A DNA stretch of 64,000 nucleotides from an uncultured Acetobacteraceae bacterium (lineage in GTDB: Bacteria; Pseudomonadota; Alphaproteobacteria; Acetobacterales; Acetobacteraceae), in the NCBI GenBank assembly GCA_964242325.1, contig CAXTCI010000003.1, forward strand, positions 216-64,215, written 5' to 3'. How positions within the stretch are numbered: position 1 is the first letter of the stretch; each line of letters opens with the position of its first letter. The position numbers and the translations under genes were made by a program. Shown piece after piece: positions 28,287 to 35,826 of this stretch. Below the pieces are notes generated by a model. It had not been told where the DNA came from, made no database searches, and worked only from the letters and a program-made list of their open reading frames with translations.

Positions 28287-29797
28287 GTGGCTCCGCTGCA
28301 GCAGCGCAGGCCTGGGGCGACACGCTCGCGGCCTGCGCGTTAGGCGTAGAGCGGGCCGGGGTTCCCTCCCTACCCGGCGAGCTGAACGGCCTGGCCGCCT
28401 CCAATGGTCCAGAAGGGTTGTTGCTGGCCGCCGCAGCGCTCGGGCCCTGGCGCATGGCTGGCCGGGTGCCCGACCCTGGCGGCGCCGTCCTGGTTGAGCC
28501 GATGCAGGAAACCCTGCCGGAATGCAGCGACGCCGCAGCATCCCGGTTGGAGATGGTCCTGTCCGGGCGGGGGCCGCAGAAGCAGGTCTGCCGGGAGTGG
28601 TGCCGCCTAGCTGCCGCGGCCGGCGTACGCGTCCCTGCCGGGTTGGCGGCGCGCCTGTATGCCCACACCAAGGGCCTCGACTGGGCCGGGGAGGCCGGCA
28701 CGGTGCTGGCCGGCCGGCTGCCATGGCTGCGCGGGCTGGACGGTGTAGTCATCCCGGAGCCATCCGCGTCCAATTGGTCCGGCCCGGATCTGCCGGGTCG
28801 CGTTGCCGCCCTCCGTTTGATGCGCGCCGACCCTGGCGGGGCCCGTGCGGCGCTTGCTGCCGTCTGGGCATCGGAGCCGGCGGACGCCCGCACCCGCTTG
28901 CTGGCGGCACTTGGCACCGGGCTATGCGCGGAGGATGAGCCGTTCCTGGAGGAGCGCCTGGACGACCGCTCCGTCCAGGTTCGGGCGGAAGCATTGCGCC
29001 TGCTGTCGGACCTGCCCGGCAGCCGCTGGTGCCTGCGGATGCAAACGAGGGCGCGTGCTGCCGTGCAGTTCCGGCCTGGCGGCCTCCTGTCCCGCGACGC
29101 CATGACGGTCGTGCTGCCAGAGCCGGACGACACGGCCCGGCACGACGGGCTGGACGCCAAGGGCGCGGCCGGGCCAGGCGGGGTGCTGCTCGGGCAGCTT
29201 GCCGCCGCGGCTCCGCTGGCGTCATGGGCTGGCCCGGGGGACGGTCCGGCGCCAGAGCGGTGGATCAAGCTGGCCCTCGCCGGGGACTGGGCGGAGACCC
29301 TGGTCCAGGGCTGGTCGGCTGCGGCGGCGCGTGAGCGCGACCCGGCCTGGCTGGCGGCGCTGCTCAGCGCCCTGACGGCCGTCCCAAAGCCGAAACCCTG
29401 GATTGCCCAGGCCTTGCAGACCATCGCGCCGGCAATGCCCACCAAGGACCTGGAACAGGCTGTCTTGACCGCTCTCCACGACAGCCCGCAGCAGCTTGGC
29501 AGCTTGTTGCCAGCCTGCATCCATGCCTGGTCGCCGGCGTTTACCCGGGCGGCCCTGGACTGGCTTGCCGCCAAGCCGGCCGTCAGCGACGCCAGCGCCG
29601 TCGTGTCCCAGCACTACGCCATGAAGTCCGTCCTGGATCTGCTGGCCGTTCACGGCGACCCGGAGCTGGCTGGCCTGCTGTCGGCGCTGCAGGCCGCGCT
29701 GCCTGAAAAGGCCGTTCCCATGCTCCGCCGCGCCTTCGACGACGCGGCCGCAACCCTCACGTTCCGCCGCGCCATGCACCAGGAGTTCGCCCGATGA
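28283..29797 (+). CDS. Uncharacterised helical-repeat protein (DUF5691-like), gene 2
   Basis: Its ATG overlaps the SWIM gene stop (ATGA at 28283-28286). 504 aa, Ala/Leu-rich helical, with a HEAT-like unit DDRSVQVRAEALRLLSDLPGS. The family name is from memory. Confidence 0.7.
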   Translation: MSGSAAAAQAWGDTLAACALGVERAGVPSLPGELNGLAASNGPEGLLLAAAALGPWRMAGRVPDPGGAVLVEPMQETLPECSDAAASRLEMVLSGRGPQKQVCREWCRLAAAAGVRVPAGLAARLYAHTKGLDWAGEAGTVLAGRLPWLRGLDGVVIPEPSASNWSGPDLPGRVAALRLMRADPGGARAALAAVWASEPADARTRLLAALGTGLCAEDEPFLEERLDDRSVQVRAEALRLLSDLPGSRWCLRMQTRARAAVQFRPGGLLSRDAMTVVLPEPDDTARHDGLDAKGAAGPGGVLLGQLAAAAPLASWAGPGDGPAPERWIKLALAGDWAETLVQGWSAAAARERDPAWLAALLSALTAVPKPKPWIAQALQTIAPAMPTKDLEQAVLTALHDSPQQLGSLLPACIHAWSPAFTRAALDWLAAKPAVSDASAVVSQHYAMKSVLDLLAVHGDPELAGLLSALQAALPEKAVPMLRRAFDDAAATLTFRRAMHQEFAR

Positions 29798-30882
29798 CCA
29801 CCACCGCCACCGCCCTGCGCCGAGCCGCCGAGGACGAGTTCGCCGGGGAGCTGGAGGCGCTCGCCAAGTCCGACACCCGGCCGCGCCCGCCCAACTGGCG
29901 CCTGTCGCCCGGCGCCGTCTGCACCTACCTGCTGGGCGGCACGCTGCCGGACGGCTTCAAGGTGTCGGCCAAGTATATCGGCGACCGGCGGATCATTGAG
30001 GTCGCGGTGGCGACGCTTGCCACCGACCGCGCCCTGTTGCTGCTCGGCGTGCCCGGCACCGCCAAGAGCTGGGTCAGCGAGCACCTAGCCGCCGCCATCT
30101 GCGGCACCTCCCGCCTGATCGTCCAGGGCACCGCCGGCACGTCGGAGGAGAGCATCCGCTACGGCTGGAACTACGCCCTGCTGCTGGCCAAGGGGCCGAG
30201 CCGCGAGGCCGTGGTGCCCAGCCCCGTCATGCGCGCCATGCAGGAGGGCGTGATCGCCCGGGTGGAGGAGCTGACCCGCATCCCCTCGGAAACCCAGGAC
30301 AGTTTTATCACCGTCCTGTCCGAGAAGGTGCTGCCGATCCCGGAGCTTGGCGAGGAAGTGTCCGCCGCCCGCGGCTTCAACCTGATCGCGACCGCCAACA
30401 ACCGGGACCGCGGAGTGAACGACCTGTCCAGCGCCCTCAAGCGCCGCTTCAACACCGTCATCCTGCCGCCGCCGGCGACGGCCGAAGAAGAGGTCCGGAT
30501 CGTCGAAACCCGCGTCGCCAGCATCGGCCGTAGCTTCAGCATCCCCGGCGAGCCGCCGGGCGCCGACCAGATCCGCCGCGTGGTCGCGGTATTCCGCGAG
30601 CTGCGGGAGGGCGTCACGGAGGACGGCAAGGCCAAGGTCAAGCAGTCCTCCGGCTCCATGTCCACCGCCGAGGCGATCTCGGTCGTCGTTCAGGGCCTGG
30701 CGCTGGCGGCGCATTTCGGCGACGGCACCCTGCAGATGCGCGACCTGGCAGCGGGTCTGCAAGGCGCGGTGGTGAAGGACCCGGTGCAAGACGCCATCGT
30801 ATGGCGCGAATACCTGGAAACCGTGGTGAAGGAGCGCCCGGCCTGGCAGGACCTGTATCGCGCCGCCCGGGAAACGGCGTAG
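29794..30882 (+). CDS. MoxR-class AAA+ ATPase (YehL-like), gene 3
   Basis: ATGA overlap with gene 2. Walker A GVPGTAKS, Walker-B-position IARVEEL, sensor-1 LIATAN, Arg motif SALKRRF. Confidence 0.9.
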   Translation: MTTTATALRRAAEDEFAGELEALAKSDTRPRPPNWRLSPGAVCTYLLGGTLPDGFKVSAKYIGDRRIIEVAVATLATDRALLLLGVPGTAKSWVSEHLAAAICGTSRLIVQGTAGTSEESIRYGWNYALLLAKGPSREAVVPSPVMRAMQEGVIARVEELTRIPSETQDSFITVLSEKVLPIPELGEEVSAARGFNLIATANNRDRGVNDLSSALKRRFNTVILPPPATAEEEVRIVETRVASIGRSFSIPGEPPGADQIRRVVAVFRELREGVTEDGKAKVKQSSGSMSTAEAISVVVQGLALAAHFGDGTLQMRDLAAGLQGAVVKDPVQDAIVWREYLETVVKERPAWQDLYRAARETA

Positions 30883-30888
30883 GCGCCC

Positions 30889-33420
30889 ATGGCCGTCCAC
30901 CTGTTCGGCATCCGCCATCACGGCCCCGGTTCCGCCCGGTCCCTGCTGGCGGCACTGGAGGCATTGACGCCGGACTGCGTGCTGATCGAGGGCCCGCCGG
31001 ATGCCGACGCGCTGATCCCGCTCGCGGCGGATGACGACATGGCGCCGCCGGTGGCGCTGCTGGTGTATCAGGCGGACGAGCCGCGGCGGGCGTCGTTCTA
31101 CCCGCTGGCCGCGTTCTCGCCGGAGTGGGTGGCGATGCGGCATGCCCTGGCGGCGGGCGTGCCGGTGCGCTTCATGGACCTGCCGCAGACGATCCAGCTC
31201 GCTCCGGAAACGCCGGAGTCAGCCGCGGATGCGCTAGCCAGGGTGCTGCCGGCCTCCGCAGAGCCGCCGACCGCCGCGCTGGCTGGGGGCATGCCCGTCG
31301 CGTCGCCCGGGGGAGCGCCGTCCGGGGCCACGCCCGCCGCAGACGACCAGCCGTCCGCCGCGCGGCCCGTGGAGGACTCACCTGCCGCCCTTCCGCCTTC
31401 GGATGCCTCGCCTGGCGCTACGCCACCTGCGGATGACCCGCCTGCCGCCGCGCCGCAAAATGGGACCGCGGGTGAGGATGCTCCCTCGGCGGAGCCTGCG
31501 CCTGCCGAGCCCTACCTGCGCCAAGACCCCTTGGGCGAGCTGGCCCGGGTCGCCGGGTTCACCGATGGCGAACGGTGGTGGGACGAGCTGGTGGAAAGCC
31601 GCGCCAGCCGGGGCGACGACGTGTTCCATGCCGTCGCGGAGGCGATGACCGCACTGCGCGAGGCGATACCGGACGCCGGCCCCGAGGCGGGACCTCATGC
31701 CGCCAGGGAGTTCAAGCGCGAAGCCCGCCGCGAGGCCCACATGCGGACCACCATCCGCGCCGCAGCCAAAGAGGGCCACACCCGCATCGCTGTCGTCTGC
31801 GGCGCCTGGCACGTGCCTGCCCTCCTGCTGCACGACGCCCGCGGCCAGGCCAAGCTGGACGCCGCAACCCTCAAGGGCCTGCCGCGTGTCAAGACGGCGG
31901 TAACCTGGGCACCCTGGTCGTATGAACGTCTGGCTGCCAGCAGCGGCTACCGCGCCGGGGTGCTGTCCCCCGAATGGTATCACCTGGTCTGGCACAGCGG
32001 CGACCCAGGTGAAGGCGGAAGCATCGCCGCCCAATGGCTGACCCGCACCGCCCGGCTGCTGCGCGACGAGGACCTGGACGCATCGCCTGCCTCGGTGATC
32101 GAGGCCGTGCGCCTGGCCGACATGCTGGCCGGGATGCGCGGGCGCTCCCGCCCGGGGCTGGACGACTTGCAGGAAGCCTGCCTCGGCACGCTGCTGTTCG
32201 CCAATCCCGCGCCGATGGCGCTGATCCACCGCAAGCTCATCATCGGCGAGCGTCTGGGCACAGTACCGGAGGGCGCACCGCAAACTCCGGTGCAGGCGGA
32301 CCTGGCCGCGCAGACCCGGCGCCTGCGCCTGCCCCTGCAAGCCGGCTCCCGCCCGCTTGAACTGGACCTGCGCAACGAGAACGACCTGGCCCGGAGCCGC
32401 CTGCTGCACCGCTTGCTGCTGCTGGACGTGCCCTGGGGCACCCGGCAGCGCAGCCGCGGCGGGCGCGGCACCTTCCGCGAGGAATGGGTGCTGAACTGGC
32501 AGCCGGACCATGCCGTCGCCGTGGTCGCGGCGTCCCGCATGGGCGCCACGGTCGAGGACGCGGCGGCGGCGCAGGTCGCGCAGCGCGCCGCGGCGGGCGG
32601 CAGCGTCGCGGCCCTATCCGCGCTGGTCGGCACGGTGCTGGACGCGCATTTGCCCGCGGCGGCCGACTCGGTGCTGCGCGCCCTGGCGGACGGGGCGGCG
32701 CTGGCGACGGACGTGTTCGACCTGATGGACGCATTGCCGCCGTTGGCGGAACTGGCGCGCTACGGCTCGGTCCGCCAGGGTGGGGCAGGCACCGCCGGGG
32801 CCGGAACGGTACTGGGGATCGTGGGCGGCATCCTGACGCGGCTCGCCGCCGGACTGGTAGCGGGCTGCCTGTCCCTGGACGACGAGGCAGCAGCCAAGGC
32901 GCAGGCCCGCCTAGGCGCAGTGCAGCAGGCGGTGGCGCTGCTGGAGCAGCCGGAACTGCAGCAAGAATGGACCGCGGCACTGGCCCGGCTGGCAGACCAG
33001 GACACGGTGAATGGCCGCGTCGTCGGGCGCGCCACCCGGCTGTTGCTGGACCTGCATCACTTCACTGCGGAGCAGGCCGGCCGGCGCCTTGGCCTCGCCT
33101 TGTCCCATGCCGCCGCGCCCGCCGAGGCCGCGGCGTGGATCGAGGGCTTCCTGGCCGGTAGCGGCGCCGTGCTGCTGCACGACGCGGCGTTGCTGCCCAT
33201 CTTGGACGAGTGGCTGACCGGGCTGACCGAGGAGCGGTTCGTGGAAGTCCTGCCCTTGGTCCGCCGCACCTTGGCCACCTTCGCCGCGCCGGAGCGCCGC
33301 ATGATCGGCGAGCGCCTGCGAAGCGGCTCGGCCCGAGTTGCCGAACCGGACGGCTTCGACGAGGCGCGCGCCGCCCGCGTCCTGCCGGTGCTGCGCTTGT
33401 TGCTGGGGACGCCGGCATGA
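30889..33420 (+). CDS. Large uncharacterised protein (DUF5682/YehM-like) with a TraB/TIKI-like N-terminal region, gene 4
   Basis: Starts 6 nt after the gene 3 stop. 843 aa. N-terminus VHLFGIRHHGPGSARSL..PDCVLIEGPPD, and later REAHMRTTI..RIAVVCGAWHVPALL. Contains an internal Pro/Ala-rich insert. Confidence 0.75.
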   Translation: MAVHLFGIRHHGPGSARSLLAALEALTPDCVLIEGPPDADALIPLAADDDMAPPVALLVYQADEPRRASFYPLAAFSPEWVAMRHALAAGVPVRFMDLPQTIQLAPETPESAADALARVLPASAEPPTAALAGGMPVASPGGAPSGATPAADDQPSAARPVEDSPAALPPSDASPGATPPADDPPAAAPQNGTAGEDAPSAEPAPAEPYLRQDPLGELARVAGFTDGERWWDELVESRASRGDDVFHAVAEAMTALREAIPDAGPEAGPHAAREFKREARREAHMRTTIRAAAKEGHTRIAVVCGAWHVPALLLHDARGQAKLDAATLKGLPRVKTAVTWAPWSYERLAASSGYRAGVLSPEWYHLVWHSGDPGEGGSIAAQWLTRTARLLRDEDLDASPASVIEAVRLADMLAGMRGRSRPGLDDLQEACLGTLLFANPAPMALIHRKLIIGERLGTVPEGAPQTPVQADLAAQTRRLRLPLQAGSRPLELDLRNENDLARSRLLHRLLLLDVPWGTRQRSRGGRGTFREEWVLNWQPDHAVAVVAASRMGATVEDAAAAQVAQRAAAGGSVAALSALVGTVLDAHLPAAADSVLRALADGAALATDVFDLMDALPPLAELARYGSVRQGGAGTAGAGTVLGIVGGILTRLAAGLVAGCLSLDDEAAAKAQARLGAVQQAVALLEQPELQQEWTAALARLADQDTVNGRVVGRATRLLLDLHHFTAEQAGRRLGLALSHAAAPAEAAAWIEGFLAGSGAVLLHDAALLPILDEWLTGLTEERFVEVLPLVRRTLATFAAPERRMIGERLRSGSARVAEPDGFDEARAARVLPVLRLLLGTPA

Positions 33421-33473
33421 CCAGGGATGCCGGATTGACCAGGGACGCCCGCATACCAGGAACGCCGACATGA
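33417..33473 (+). other. 18-codon bridging mini-ORF (MTRDAGLTRDARIPGTPT) between genes 4 and 5
   Basis: Its ATG (33417-33419) overlaps the TGA of gene 4 (33418-33420). Its TGA (33471-33473) overlaps the ATG of gene 5 (33470-33472). It is built from three roughly 18-bp tandem units, TGACCAGGGAYGCC-N4. Confidence 0.4.
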
Positions 33474-34612
33474 ACGAGGACGAACGGCTCCGCCGGTGGC
33501 GCCTTGCGCTGGGCGCCGGCGCGGCGGACGGGACGGGCTTTGCGCTGAAGGGCACAGACCTCGGCATAGACCGGGCGCTCGACGCGCTTTACGACAGCAA
33601 GCGCTCGGCCGGCCTAGGCCCCTCGGCGCCGTCCGTGCCGCGGTGGCTCGGCGACATACGCAGCTATTTCCCAAGCTCCGTCGTGCAGGTCCTACAGCGG
33701 GACGCCTTCGAGCGGTTGGACCTCCATCAACTCCTGCTGCAGCCGGAGATGATGGAGGCGGTGCAGCCCGACATCCACCTGGTGTCGCAACTGATCGCCA
33801 TGCGCGGGCTGCTGGGCGGCACGGTGAAGGAAACGGCGCGCCTGGTGGTGCGGCGCGTGGTGGAAGATCTGCTCCGCAAGTTGGAGGCTCCACTGCGTCA
33901 GGCGGTCGGCGGCGCCCTGAGACGAGGAGTCCGCAACCGCCGCCCGCGCCACAGCGAGATCGATTGGAACCGGACCATCCGCGCCAACCTGCGCCACTAC
34001 CAGAGGGACCTAGGCACCATCATCCCCGAAACCCGCATCGGCCACGGGCGGGCGGCCCGGCCGAACCTGCGGGATGTCGTGCTGTGCATCGACCAAAGCG
34101 GCAGCATGGCGAACTCGGTGGTTTACAGCAGCATCTGCGGCGCGGTGCTGGCGTCGCTGCCGGCGGTGCGAACGCGGCTGGTGGTGTTCGACACGTCCGT
34201 GGTGGACCTGACGGACCAGTTGACGGACCCGGTAGACGTGCTGTTCAGCGTGCAACTGGGTGGAGGCACCGACATCAACCGGGCCATCGGCTACTGCGAG
34301 GGCCTAATCGAGCGTCCGGACGACACGATCCTGGTGTTGGTCAGCGACTTGTATGAGGGTGGGGTGGCCGCCGGGCTGCTGGCACGGGCGCACCGGCTGG
34401 TGTCCGCAGGGGTGCAGTTCATCACGCTCCTAGCCCTGAGCGACGAGGGCGCGCCGTCATACGACCGGCACCTTGCCGGGCAGTTGGCGGCGTTGGGCGT
34501 GCCGAGCTTCGCGTGCACGCCCGACCTGTTCCCGGACATGATGGCGGCGGCGATCCGCAAGGAGGACGTGGGTCAATGGGCGTCCACGGCTGGGATCGCG
34601 CGGGCAGGGTAG
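33470..34612 (+). CDS. von Willebrand factor A (VWA, CoxE/YehP-like) protein, gene 5
   Basis: MIDAS DQSGSM..GGGTD..VSDLYEGG. The N-terminus MNEDERLRRWRLALG is typical of MoxR-partner VWA proteins. Confidence 0.85.
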   Translation: MNEDERLRRWRLALGAGAADGTGFALKGTDLGIDRALDALYDSKRSAGLGPSAPSVPRWLGDIRSYFPSSVVQVLQRDAFERLDLHQLLLQPEMMEAVQPDIHLVSQLIAMRGLLGGTVKETARLVVRRVVEDLLRKLEAPLRQAVGGALRRGVRNRRPRHSEIDWNRTIRANLRHYQRDLGTIIPETRIGHGRAARPNLRDVVLCIDQSGSMANSVVYSSICGAVLASLPAVRTRLVVFDTSVVDLTDQLTDPVDVLFSVQLGGGTDINRAIGYCEGLIERPDDTILVLVSDLYEGGVAAGLLARAHRLVSAGVQFITLLALSDEGAPSYDRHLAGQLAALGVPSFACTPDLFPDMMAAAIRKEDVGQWASTAGIARAG

Positions 34613-34841
34613 GGGCTGTGCCGGCTGGTGCGCGACGGCGCCGGCGCTCCGGCCGCAAATGGCCGATGTATGGAATGTCCCAAGCGGTATCACGTCGTTT
34701 GCGCGTTCTGGCTGTCACGGTACCGCAGCACGCCGGGTCGGCAGTCAGTCACGCCTGAACCCAGTGACGGCGCTGTCTCTCCGCGCATATCGCCCGACGC
34801 CATCGTGGCGTGGGGTTCGGCAAAGCGTCATGCTACCCGGC

Positions 34842-35723
34842 ATGACCCTTGAGCAGCTCCGCGTTTTCGTCGCCGTCGCCGAGCGCCAGCACGTCACCCG
34901 TGCGGCCGAGGCGCTCAACATCGCGCAGTCGGCCGCGAGCGCCTCCATCGCGGCGCTTGAGGGCCGCCACGGCACCAAGCTGTTCCACCGCGTCGGCCGC
35001 GGCATCGAGTTGACCGAGGCCGGCACCCTGTTCCTGACCGAAGCAAGGGCCGTCCTGGCCCGGGCGGAGGCTGCCGAGATGGTCCTGTCGGAGCTGGGCG
35101 GCCTGAAGCGCGGCACCCTGGTCGTGCAGGCCAGCCAGACCATCGCAAGCTACTGGCTGCCGCGGCACCTGGTGGCGTTCCGGCGCGCGCATCCCGGCGT
35201 GGATATCCGCCTGGCCGTCGGCAACACCATGCAGGTCGCGGCGGCGATCCACGCCGGCTCGGCCGAGCTTGGCTTCGTCGAGGGCGCCGTGGACGATCCC
35301 GCGCTTGAAAGCCGGGTGGTGGCGCGTGACCAGCTCGTCGTCGTCGTGGGACTGGAACACCCTTGGGCCAAGTGCGGCGCGGTCACGCCGGACCGGCTGA
35401 CCGAGAGCGACTGGGTGCTGCGGGAGGCCGGGTCCGGCACGCGGTCGGTGTTCGAGGCGGCGCTGGAGGGCTTCGGGGTACCGCCGTCAAAACTGCGCGT
35501 GGTGCTCGAACTGCCGTCGAACGAGTCCGTCCGCGCCGCGGTCGAGGCCGGCATAGGCGCCACCGCGATCTCCGCCTCCGCCGCCGCGCCCAGCATCGAG
35601 GCCGGGCTGCTGCACCAGGTCGGGCTGGCGCTGCCGGAACGGGACTTCCACGTGCTGCGGCACACGGAGCGCCACCGGAGCCGCGCGGCCGCCGCGCTGC
35701 TGGAGATCATCGCCTCGGCCTGA
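34842..35723 (+). CDS. LysR-family transcriptional regulator
   Basis: MTLEQLRVFVAVAERQHVTRAAEALNIAQSAASASIAALE (HTH) plus a substrate-binding domain. An alternative ATG at 34830 is possible. Confidence 0.85.
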   Translation: MTLEQLRVFVAVAERQHVTRAAEALNIAQSAASASIAALEGRHGTKLFHRVGRGIELTEAGTLFLTEARAVLARAEAAEMVLSELGGLKRGTLVVQASQTIASYWLPRHLVAFRRAHPGVDIRLAVGNTMQVAAAIHAGSAELGFVEGAVDDPALESRVVARDQLVVVVGLEHPWAKCGAVTPDRLTESDWVLREAGSGTRSVFEAALEGFGVPPSKLRVVLELPSNESVRAAVEAGIGATAISASAAAPSIEAGLLHQVGLALPERDFHVLRHTERHRSRAAAALLEIIASA

Positions 35724-35726
35724 CCG

Positions 35727-35741
35727 ATCAGGTTTCCCGAT
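35727..35741. promoter_or_regulatory. Candidate LysR box (T-N11-A) upstream of sorA
   Basis: ATCaggtttcccGAT is a dyad lying between the LysR stop and the sorA start. Motif only. Confidence 0.25.
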
Positions 35742-35826
35742 TGCTTTCACCTCCTGCCGCTGTTGGACAGGTCGGCCCACCGAGCGCCTAGTGCCGACTC
35801 GTAACGATGAAGCAGGGGAGCGCAGC

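Noticed and set aside
26909-29574. Two long minus-strand ORFs (422 aa and 441 aa) opposite the SWIM and DUF5691-like genes
   Set aside because: They give Ser/Arg/Ala/Pro-rich translations without motifs. The plus-strand genes have the SWIM motif, ATGA coupling and operon logic.
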